A stretch of 55,042 bases of DNA, taken from Sodaliphilus sp. (lineage in GTDB: Bacteria; Bacteroidota; Bacteroidia; Bacteroidales; Muribaculaceae). The stretch is from positions 1 to 55,042 of the forward strand of contig JAZQPG010000162.1 in the NCBI GenBank assembly GCA_045628365.1. Direction: 5' to 3'. Below, in pieces: positions 46,027-54,056 of this stretch; the first letter of the stretch is position 1; each line of letters begins with the position of its first letter. The notes below the pieces were generated by a model, which saw nothing but the letters and a program-made list of their open reading frames with translations, was not told where the DNA came from and did not search any database. A program made the position numbers and the translations under genes.

Positions 46027-47691
46027 TTATTTCTCTTCTCCGTTCACTACGTCGGCATCCTTAGTGCCGTCCTTGGTGTACCATGAGCCATTGTAGGGAG
46101 CGCCATCCTTGAAGTCGCCCTCAAAGTAGGAGCCGTCGGCCATGGTGTAGCGGCCATGAACATAGCGACCTGCTTCGAATGTTCCCTTGTAGCTGTCGTT
46201 GTTAGCAAACACCGATGTAGCATTGCCTGTGTCATCGGTACACTTGCCGTCAACGAAGTTACCGGTATAGGTCATAGCAGACGTTTCGCCATGGGCGGGA
46301 AACTTAGCAACACCCTGGCCCGAGGGCAGGCTGTCCACAGAACTTATCGGACCTGTATAGGTAAACTCACGCATGTTCTCGGGCGCATCGGGGACATACA
46401 TGTCCATGTCGGTGACCTCTGTTACGGCATCATCAACAATGGCTTCCGTGTCGGTGTTTGTCGTATAGTCCATGGTGTCGCCTGAGTTGTAATTAATGAG
46501 GAACGCTGCGCCGAATGCCACCACACACGCTGCGGCAACTCCCGCCACCAGCTTACGGTGCTTCCATACCGGACGCATGGCTTTCTTTGCCGTGTTGCCC
46601 TTGGCAGCAGGTTTCCCGGCTGGCTTCTTGGGTTTCTTTTCCACCACCGGGGGTGCTGGGGGAGCTAGGGGTACCTCAGGCTCGGAGATGATTTCTATAT
46701 CACTGGCTGGGATCAGGTTGTCATCGGCGGTGATGTCACCAATGGTGTCGTCACCGGGAGTGGCGGGCACCGTGGTGGCAGCTCCACCAACAGTGGATTC
46801 GCCGTCGAGGAACGCCTCCACCTGGTCCACGCTTTGCGGACGCATGGGGCGCAGGGGCTGCATGAGCCACAGCACGAGCTGCTGCATGCGGGCCGACACC
46901 GTGGCAGGGAAGGGAAGCGCCGAGGCGGGATCTTCGCTGATGTCGCTGGGCGACGGCAGACGTCCGTTGGTCAACAGTTTGTACAGGGTGGCTCCCAGGG
47001 AGTAAAGGTCGGTCCAGGGGCCGAACTTGTCAAACTTCTGCTCCATCTGCTCGGATGGGGCATAGCCCATGGTGTAAGCAAGGCCCGACGACAGCGACAC
47101 CGAGTTGTTGCCGCCCACGTGGAGCTGCTTGCTGGCGCCAAAGTCGATGAGCACGGGCTCGCCGGCCCTGGTGAGCATGATGTTGCCGGGCTTGATGTCC
47201 ATGTGCCACACCTGCTCGCTGTGGATGGCCCTGAGGGCATCGAGGATGCCGGGCAGGATGCGCCACACCTCGGCCTCCTGCATGGGGCGGCGGGTGCGCT
47301 TGAGGCGTGCAGCCAGGCTCTCGCCGTCAATAAAGTCCATGACATAGTAAGACGTGCCGTTCTCGTCAAAGAGGTCGTGCACGTTGACCAGGTGGCCGTG
47401 CTTGTCAAAGCGGCGCAGGCGGCGGGCTTCCTTGCGGAATTTCTCACGGTGGGCGTCGAAGGTGGCGCGGTTCTCGCGCAGCGACACCGACACCTCGGTA
47501 GAACTGCCCATGCGACCGCACACTCCCTTGATGTACAGTTCTTTAATCACCACTTCCTCGTCAAAGGCGGTGTTGGTGGCATAGTAGGTGTTGCCAAATC
47601 CTCCCGAGGCGATGTAGCGGTCGATGCGGTATTTTCCGTTCTGCAGCGTTGACCCCACGGGCAGGAGGCCTTCAGTAATTATCTCGTTCAT
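46027..47691 (-). CDS. Ser/Thr protein kinase - TM - MORN-like repeat protein
   Basis: IASGGFG, VIKE, HMDIKPGN, DFG, GYAPSE; TM LVAGVAAACVVAFGAAFLI; YTGNFVDG, YKGTFEAG, YFEGDFKDG repeats. Confidence 0.88.
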   Translation of the reverse strand: MNEIITEGLLPVGSTLQNGKYRIDRYIASGGFGNTYYATNTAFDEEVVIKELYIKGVCGRMGSSTEVSVSLRENRATFDAHREKFRKEARRLRRFDKHGHLVNVHDLFDENGTSYYVMDFIDGESLAARLKRTRRPMQEAEVWRILPGILDALRAIHSEQVWHMDIKPGNIMLTRAGEPVLIDFGASKQLHVGGNNSVSLSSGLAYTMGYAPSEQMEQKFDKFGPWTDLYSLGATLYKLLTNGRLPSPSDISEDPASALPFPATVSARMQQLVLWLMQPLRPMRPQSVDQVEAFLDGESTVGGAATTVPATPGDDTIGDITADDNLIPASDIEIISEPEVPLAPPAPPVVEKKPKKPAGKPAAKGNTAKKAMRPVWKHRKLVAGVAAACVVAFGAAFLINYNSGDTMDYTTNTDTEAIVDDAVTEVTDMDMYVPDAPENMREFTYTGPISSVDSLPSGQGVAKFPAHGETSAMTYTGNFVDGKCTDDTGNATSVFANNDSYKGTFEAGRYVHGRYTMADGSYFEGDFKDGAPYNGSWYTKDGTKDADVVNGEEK

Positions 47692-47717
47692 TGTTTCCTT
47701 TATTGGTATTCAACCTA

Positions 47718-47725
47718 CAAAGTTA
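47718..47725 (-). promoter_or_regulatory. -7 element (TAACTTTG) for the kinase/CLec operon
   Basis: caaagtta on +, 26 nt upstream of ATG 47691. Confidence 0.6.
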
Positions 47726-47839
47726 CAGAAATTTCCCAAATAATCACACCTTTGCCCCGAAAAATTCGCACGCAATAACCCCCAAAAGCACAAAACGAGT
47801 GGTCAGCCGCAAACAATAGAGATATTTTTACCCATTCAC

Positions 47840-47870
47840 TTTGATTATTGAAAACGATTTTGTATCTTTG
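47840..47870 (+). promoter_or_regulatory. Canonical Bacteroidetes promoter: TTTG-N19-TATCTTTG
   Basis: -33 at 47840-47843, -7 at 47863-47870. Confidence 0.75.
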
Positions 47871-47901
47871 CATGTTAAACATGACTTAATTTCTATCGAT
47901 T

Positions 47902-48852
47902 ATGTTACAGGTAGCCAACCCCATCTATGACATCGTGTTTAAGTACCTCATGGAGGACGAACGCATTGCCAGGACCATCCTCTCGGCGCTTCTCAAGAAA
48001 GACGTCGTGGAGGTGGAGCAGCGTCGCAACGAGTACACCAACGGCGCGCGTGACAACCTTTCGATTTTCCGCATCGACTTCGGAGCCAAGGTGCGCGAGG
48101 CCGACGGCAGTCTGCACCTGATACTCATCGAGCTGCAGAAGACTTGGCTCGAGACCGAGACCCTGCGCTTCCGCCAGTACCTGGGGGGCCACTATGCCAA
48201 CCCCGAGAACATAATCAAGGACGACCCGCGTGGACACGCCATCCCCATGGTGACGGTATACCTGCTGGGGCACTGCGTGGGCGACATCGAGGAACCCATC
48301 CTGTATGTCAAGCGCAAGTCGTTTGACTACAACGACAACGAGGTCACCAAGGGGCTGCCCGACCCCTTCGTTGACAGCCTGACCCACGACAGCATCATCG
48401 TACAGATACCGCGCCTGCACGGCCGCCTCAACAACCGGCTGGAGAGGGTGCTCAACGTCTTTGACCAGACCCGCAAGGACACCAACCACCAGACCCTAAC
48501 CATCGACGAGAGCCAGTGGGCCGACGACAGCGAGATGATGTACATCCTGCGCCGACTCCGCGAAGCCGCATCCGACAGCAAGCTGCGCCACGACATGAAC
48601 GTCGAGGACGAGTACTTCAGCGCCATCGAGAAGCGCGACACCGAGATACTGATGCGCGACAAACAACTAGCCGAGCAGAAGACACAGCTCGACGAGCAGA
48701 AGACACAGCTCGACGAGCAAAAGGCCAAGTTAAGCGAAAAAGACAGTCAACTGGATGCATCGATACGCCTGATGCTGTCGCAGAACATTCCGGCCAACAT
48801 GATTGCCATGGCTCTCAACATAACAGAGGACGAAGTAAACGCCCGCAAGTAA
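47902..48852 (+). CDS. PD-(D/E)XK nuclease-like (Rpn/YhgA-related) protein with coiled-coil tail
   Basis: ANPIYDIVFKYLM, RIDF...ILIELQK, heptad repeats, C-terminal IA.AL.IT.DEV helix typical of Rpn-like proteins. Confidence 0.65.
   Translation: MLQVANPIYDIVFKYLMEDERIARTILSALLKKDVVEVEQRRNEYTNGARDNLSIFRIDFGAKVREADGSLHLILIELQKTWLETETLRFRQYLGGHYANPENIIKDDPRGHAIPMVTVYLLGHCVGDIEEPILYVKRKSFDYNDNEVTKGLPDPFVDSLTHDSIIVQIPRLHGRLNNRLERVLNVFDQTRKDTNHQTLTIDESQWADDSEMMYILRRLREAASDSKLRHDMNVEDEYFSAIEKRDTEILMRDKQLAEQKTQLDEQKTQLDEQKAKLSEKDSQLDASIRLMLSQNIPANMIAMALNITEDEVNARK
48672..48734 (+). repeat. In-frame 21-bp tandem repeat (EQKTQLD heptads)
   Basis: cgagcagaagacacagctcga x2 exact, plus one degenerate copy. 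Confidence 0.85.
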
Positions 48853-48871
48853 TCTTTTATTTAAAAGAATA

Positions 48872-49690
48872 ATGACTACAACAAACATCAACATACAGCA
48901 GCCCGAGCTGTGGACTCTGCAGCTATCGCTAGGTGCCAAGAAAATAGAATACATCCTCTTCACCGATGCACAGGAGGACTCCCTGATAATGGGCGACATT
49001 GACCTGGACCTCTCGGCCGGCAGTTACATCAAGGCGCTGGAAAACGCCGTCTATGACAATCCCGTGCTGCTCGACGACTACCGCCAGGTGAGGGTCGTGA
49101 TGCACTCGCCCCACTTCGTGGTGATGCCGCCCGACGTCGACGAGTTTGACGCCCAGGACATCTTTGAGGCGACCTATCCCGACCCCGAAGGCGAGGTGGC
49201 GATGTGTTCGCTCAAGCGCTGCCAGGTGGGGATAGCCTTTGAGGCCCCGAGCGGCGTGCTGGGATTCCTGCAGCGCACGTTCAACACGCCGCCGGTGTTC
49301 CACCACCTGCACCCCCTGTGCGAGCACTACAAGCGACTGAACGAGGGCAGCGACATCTCGCGCATGTTCCTCAACCTGAGCGAGGGACACATGGACATGG
49401 TGATCTACAAGGGAGGCAGCCTCATCCTTGCCAACAGCTATGACTACCGCTCGCCCAAGGACGCCGCCTTCTTTGCGCTACACGCATGGGAGAGCCTCAA
49501 CCTGGACCGCCAGCTCGACGAGGTGCAGCTCACCGGCAGCAAGGCCCAGCGCGACTCCATAGCGCCCATCCTGAGGCAGTACATCGGCTACGTGATGCCC
49601 GCCATATACCCCGCGGCGGCACTGCGCATTGGCCAGAATGCAATGAAAGCTCCGTTTGACTTAATCATGCTTGCACTATGCGAATCATAA
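48872..49690 (+). CDS. DUF3822 family protein
   Basis: FVVMP, LILANSY, LDRQLDEVQLTG, PFDL; position upstream of and overlapping rsmD, as is usual in Bacteroidetes. Confidence 0.8.
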   Translation: MTTTNINIQQPELWTLQLSLGAKKIEYILFTDAQEDSLIMGDIDLDLSAGSYIKALENAVYDNPVLLDDYRQVRVVMHSPHFVVMPPDVDEFDAQDIFEATYPDPEGEVAMCSLKRCQVGIAFEAPSGVLGFLQRTFNTPPVFHHLHPLCEHYKRLNEGSDISRMFLNLSEGHMDMVIYKGGSLILANSYDYRSPKDAAFFALHAWESLNLDRQLDEVQLTGSKAQRDSIAPILRQYIGYVMPAIYPAAALRIGQNAMKAPFDLIMLALCES

Positions 49691-50223
49691 GCGGAAAATA
49701 CGGCCGTCGACGCTTCGACGTGCCCACAAACATCACCGCGCGCCCCACCACCGACATGGCGCGTGAGAACATCTTCAACGTGTTGGGAAACCTCATCGAC
49801 CTGGAGGGCAAGACGGCGCTCGACCTCTTCTCGGGCACCGGAGCCATCAGCTTCGAGTTCCTGTCGCGCGAGTGCGCCCACGTCACCAGCGTGGAAAAGG
49901 CCGGCGTGCAGCACGGCTTCATCAGGAAGGTGAGCAAGATGCTGGGATGTGACAACCACACCATCATCAAGGGCGACGTGTTCAAGTTCATAGGCTCGTG
50001 CCGCCAGCAGTTTGACGTCATCCTTGCCGACCCTCCTTACGACCTGCCCCAGTTGCCCGACCTGCCCCGCATGATACTCGAGAGCCAGATGCTCAAACCC
50101 GGCACCATCATCATCGTGGAGCACAGCAAAGCCAACGACTTCACGCAGCTGCCCCACTTCTTGCAGCACCGCGTCTACGGCAAGGTGAACTTCACCATCT
50201 TCCAAATCCCCGAAGAAGAATAA
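49678..50223 (+). CDS. rsmD: 16S rRNA (guanine966-N2) methyltransferase
   Basis: MRIISG, RPTTD..RE.IFN, LDLFSGTG.ISFEFLSR, DPPY, VEHS, R.YG. Confidence 0.93.
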   Translation: MRIISGKYGRRRFDVPTNITARPTTDMARENIFNVLGNLIDLEGKTALDLFSGTGAISFEFLSRECAHVTSVEKAGVQHGFIRKVSKMLGCDNHTIIKGDVFKFIGSCRQQFDVILADPPYDLPQLPDLPRMILESQMLKPGTIIIVEHSKANDFTQLPHFLQHRVYGKVNFTIFQIPEEE

Positions 50224-50247
50224 TAACAACATAAAACACTAACTATT

Positions 50248-50886
50248 ATGAAGAAAATCATCTCATTATTACTCGTGATGGTTGCCGCATGCGCCTTGAA
50301 CAGCGCCTCGGCTGCCAAGATATACTATGTTGTACAGGGTAGCTACAGTTCCTTCCAGAAAGCCAAGGATGCCTATGAGGGCGCAGTGTACCGCACCAGC
50401 GCCAATGGCAAGACCGTGTACCGCACGTGCCCCGCTTGCTTCTATAGCCTCTCTGATGCAAAGGACTTTGCCAGCGCCCTGAAGGAACACGACGATGTGG
50501 ATGCATGGGTTTGGCCCTCCGACACAAAACTCAGTCATCTGGACCCCTGCGAGGGAAGCGAATGCAGCTGCATGCCTTACAAGAGCATCCCCAGCACCAT
50601 GACATTCTACTACGTCATCGAGAAAACCAACAACACCTTGTCTGCTGCCAAGGATGTTCACGTCTCTGACTGGGAAGACTATGACATCATTGTTGACGGA
50701 TCCAAGTACTATGCAAGCTTTGGCCGCTACACCACACATGCCGAAGCCCAAAAGAGCGTCAACCGACTGGCTCGCGACGGCCGCAAGTGTTGGATTTGGG
50801 CCCATGCGGGACATGCCAATTATTACTACGGCAACTACACCGTGGATCCCGACGGCAGCATCTTTCTCCATAACGTATACAGATAA
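50248..50886 (+). CDS. Exported protein with two SPOR-like repeats
   Basis: Signal peptide; YYVVQGSYSS..KA...YR....F.SLSDAK...AWVW, and a second copy YYVIE...YYASFGRYTT.AEA...CWIW. Confidence 0.55.
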   Translation: MKKIISLLLVMVAACALNSASAAKIYYVVQGSYSSFQKAKDAYEGAVYRTSANGKTVYRTCPACFYSLSDAKDFASALKEHDDVDAWVWPSDTKLSHLDPCEGSECSCMPYKSIPSTMTFYYVIEKTNNTLSAAKDVHVSDWEDYDIIVDGSKYYASFGRYTTHAEAQKSVNRLARDGRKCWIWAHAGHANYYYGNYTVDPDGSIFLHNVYR

Positions 50887-50933
50887 CCAACGCGATAATT
50901 ACACTCTTTATCACGATAAAGAGCACCTACTAT

Positions 50934-50978
50934 ATCACAATCCCCCGGAGCGCTTGACTCCGGGGGATTGTGATTTTA
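50934..50978. terminator. Strong intrinsic terminator between convergent genes
   Basis: ATCACAATCCCCCGGAG-n7-CTCCGGGGGATTGTGAT followed by TTT. Confidence 0.85.
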
Positions 50979-51125
50979 TGTACAATTGCACTTTAGAACG
51001 ACTTTGTTTGCACCCTGGGTTTGTATAATGAGTGCATAAACTAAAAGCCGGTGGCCTTGATATACCCTTTTGGATCCACACAGCCTCTTACCTCTACTAC
51101 GGCTCCTACGGCGGGAGGCCTACTA

Positions 51126-52490
51126 CTACCCTTTCAGCATTTCCACGATGGCGGGGAATTGCATGAAGTGGCTGGCTTTGACCAGGATGGTGTCGCCGTC
51201 ATGGAGCAACGCGGGGAGTGCCTCCATCAGGGCGTCGCGGGTGGCATAGTGCTTCACCTCGCCCTTGAAACCGCCGTCAACGGCAGCCTGGGCCAGCACC
51301 TCACACAGGGGGCCGGCACAGTAGATGGCATCGATATTGAGTCCCGCAGCATGAGCTCCCACGCCGGCATGCAGCGCGCGCTCGTCAGTGCCCAGCTCGC
51401 CCATATCGCCCAGGATCGCAACACAGCGGTTAGCGCCGTCCTGCAGCACGTCGAGCGACGCTTTCATCGACACAGGGTTTGCGTTATAGCAGTCGTCGAT
51501 GATGGTATAGCGCTCAGCGTCGATGATATTGAAGCGGCCGCTCAGCGACCCGTTGCTCTCGATGCCGGCCTTGATCTGCTCCAGCGTGAGCCCGTAGGCC
51601 ACACCAGCGGCTGCTCCGGCCAGTGCGTTATACACCATGTGCTTGCCGGGCATGCCCACCACGGCGTCAAAGTCGCCCACGGGGGTGTGGATGAGGCATG
51701 CAGTGCCCTTGAGGCCGAGGCTCTTGAGGTCGCTTGCCCAGAAATCGTTCTTCTCGTCGAGACCGAAGGTGACAGGCTTGATGCCGCGCACATCGGTCAC
51801 GGTGGCGAGCTTGTCGTCGTCGCCGTTGAGGATGATGTGGGCACCGGGCTCCAGGAAGTCAAATATCTCGCTCTTAGCCCTGAGGATGCCGTCGCGGTCG
51901 ATGAGGTTCTCGAGGTGACAGCAGCCAATGTTGGTCATTATCACGCAGTCAGGACGTGCCACCTTGGCAAGGCGGTGCATCTCGCCGAAGTCGCTGATGC
52001 CCATCTCGAGCACTGCGAGGTTCTCGTCGCGCAGACGCAGGATGGTGATGGGCAGGCCCAGCTCGTTGTTGAAGTTACCCTCGGTCTTTAGAGCGTTGAA
52101 CCCCTGGCGCAACACACTGTGAGTCATTTCCTTGGTGCTCGTCTTGCCCACGCTGCCTGCAATGCCCACCACGGGGATATCCAGCCCCTTGAGGTAAAAC
52201 TCGGCAACGTCTTTCATAGCCTGCAGTGTCGACTCCACGAGGATATAAGGGAACGGTTGCTCGCCCAGGTCGTTCTCACACAGCACGCACAGCGCGCCCT
52301 GAGCCACCACCTGGTCGATAAACCGGTGACCGTCCACTCGCTCGCCCTTGATAGCCACGAACATAGCGCCCTCGCCCACCTTGCGGCTGTCGGTCTCTAC
52401 GGCGCTCACCTCGATGTTTGCCTTCTCGGCAGGCCCCACATAGCGTCCGCCCGCAGCGGCGGCGATATTGGCCAGAGTAAGATTCTTCAT
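51126..52490 (-). CDS. murF: UDP-MurNAc-tripeptide--D-Ala-D-Ala ligase
   Basis: DSR, GERVDGH, GSVGKTSTKEM, NFNNELGLP, EMG, DCYNANP.SM, LGDMGELG, LVKAS. Confidence 0.95.
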   Translation of the reverse strand: MKNLTLANIAAAAGGRYVGPAEKANIEVSAVETDSRKVGEGAMFVAIKGERVDGHRFIDQVVAQGALCVLCENDLGEQPFPYILVESTLQAMKDVAEFYLKGLDIPVVGIAGSVGKTSTKEMTHSVLRQGFNALKTEGNFNNELGLPITILRLRDENLAVLEMGISDFGEMHRLAKVARPDCVIMTNIGCCHLENLIDRDGILRAKSEIFDFLEPGAHIILNGDDDKLATVTDVRGIKPVTFGLDEKNDFWASDLKSLGLKGTACLIHTPVGDFDAVVGMPGKHMVYNALAGAAAGVAYGLTLEQIKAGIESNGSLSGRFNIIDAERYTIIDDCYNANPVSMKASLDVLQDGANRCVAILGDMGELGTDERALHAGVGAHAAGLNIDAIYCAGPLCEVLAQAAVDGGFKGEVKHYATRDALMEALPALLHDGDTILVKASHFMQFPAIVEMLKG

Positions 52491-52496
52491 TTCGCG

Positions 52497-53534
52497 TTAT
52501 TTATTGTATTTTTTCTTAGATACATAAATCAGGTGTTCGCACAGGTCCTCATAGCTGTAACCCACCTGGGCAGCCTCCTGAGGAAGCAAACTCATGGCGG
52601 TCATGCCGGGCAGCGTATTGGCCTCGAGAGCAATCATGTAACCGTCGGGATCCATGATGAAGTCGATGCGTCCGTAGGCCTCGATGCCCAGGGCCTCCAT
52701 TGCCTGCTCGGCATGGCGCTGCATGCGTGCGGTCTGCTCCTCGGTGATCTCGGCGGGACAAGTCTCGATAGTAGCGCCGGGCTTGTACTTGTTCTCATAG
52801 TCATACCAGCCTTCCTTGGGAGCAATCTCGATGACGGGCAGTGCCTTGCCGTCGATCACGCCCACCGAGAACTCGCGGCCCTTGAGGAACTCCTCAACCA
52901 CGGCCTTGGGCTCCAGGTCAAAGGCAATCTTGACCGACTGCTTGAACTCCGCGTCGTCCTTGGCAATGGTGATGCCGACGCTAGAGCCACCACACGCGGG
53001 CTTGATGACAACGGGATACTTGAGACCCTGCTCGGCAGGAGTCTTCACCTCGGTGCCGCGCTCAACGAAGTAAGCCTTGGCAGTGGGAACACCACCGGCG
53101 ATAAACATGTTCTTGGTGATGGCCTTATCCATTGCCATGGCGCTGCTCAGGTAACCGGCGCCGGTGTACTGCACGCCCATCAGGTCAAGCGCAGCCTGCA
53201 CGCGGCCGTCCTCACCGTTGGCACCGTGAAGAGCCATGAACACGAAGTCGGCAGCCTGGCACATCTCCAGCACATTGGGGCCGAAGAACGCGCTGCGCTC
53301 CTGCTGCATCTGCTCGATCTTGTCGTTGAAACTGCTCATGTAGGCACTTGCCTGGTCCACGTCATACTCGGCGGGGAAGAACTCATCACGTGTTGCCTCG
53401 GCAACGCCGGCAAAGATGTCAACCAGCACAGCCTTGTGTCCCTTAGCCCTGAGCGCGCGGCACACGCCGGTGCCCGATACGATAGAAATCAGTCGCTCAG
53501 TACTGGTTCCACCTGCTAAAACTACGATATTCAT
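52497..53534 (-). CDS. ddl: D-alanine--D-alanine ligase
   Basis: LAGG.S.ER, ALHG..GEDG..Q, AMDK, VIKP..GGSSVG, YDYENKY, RIDF, EANTLPGMT. Confidence 0.95.
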   Translation of the reverse strand: MNIVVLAGGTSTERLISIVSGTGVCRALRAKGHKAVLVDIFAGVAEATRDEFFPAEYDVDQASAYMSSFNDKIEQMQQERSAFFGPNVLEMCQAADFVFMALHGANGEDGRVQAALDLMGVQYTGAGYLSSAMAMDKAITKNMFIAGGVPTAKAYFVERGTEVKTPAEQGLKYPVVIKPACGGSSVGITIAKDDAEFKQSVKIAFDLEPKAVVEEFLKGREFSVGVIDGKALPVIEIAPKEGWYDYENKYKPGATIETCPAEITEEQTARMQRHAEQAMEALGIEAYGRIDFIMDPDGYMIALEANTLPGMTAMSLLPQEAAQVGYSYEDLCEHLIYVSKKKYNK

Positions 53535-53578
53535 ATCTATTGCTTTGTTTTATTTTCCGTTCGTATTATATCAACTTG

Positions 53579-53586
53579 CAAATTTA
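53579..53586 (-). promoter_or_regulatory. -7 element (TAAATTTG) for ddl-murF
   Basis: caaattta on +, 44 nt upstream of the ddl ATG. Confidence 0.6.
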
Positions 53587-53699
53587 ACGATTTTTCCCGT
53601 TATACAAAAGAGCAACCCCGTCTTTTTAAAACCCACAAGCAACTTTTAAGCATTTTAAGAACTAATCAAGGGCAGCCATAACTACTCAGCTATGGTATT

Positions 53700-53912
53700 C
53701 TCTCGCGCAGATCTCACGGATAATCATTTACTAAAACATGCAACAACACCACCCACCATGCGACCCAAGACCTCGGAGAGGTCCTCCACACCACGCTCCA
53801 GCACGGGCACGGGCATCACACAGCATCGGCCCTCTGCCCGGGCACGGGCAGGAGGGTCGTCCCATCCTCCTAGATTCCAATCAAATCAAAATCTCCTTCA
53901 TCTGCGTGAAAA
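53700..53912. repeat. REP-like cluster related to 44560-45100, bounded by a weak inverted repeat
   Basis: caagacctcggagaggtcctcc (53766-53787 = 44868-44889); ccctctgcccgggcacgggca (53830-53850 = 44616-44636); flanks tctcgcgcagat...atctgcgtgaaa. Confidence 0.65.
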
Positions 53913-54056
53913 AAAATGGGGGGCGGCTCGCTCCCCTCGCTCCATGCTCTTCTCGGGCTGCACCGGCACGCCCTCGTTGAGCATTGCGCTCAGTACGCTC
54001 GCAGCTTAGAATTCTTTGAGTTGCAGGGCGCTCCGCGCCTAAAAGGATGGTTTAAT

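Noticed and set aside
52497-53534. VanA/VanB-type D-Ala-D-Lac ligase (glycopeptide resistance)
   Set aside because: The omega loop reads YDYENKY, typical of D-Ala-D-Ala ligases, and no vanH/X/R/S genes are nearby.
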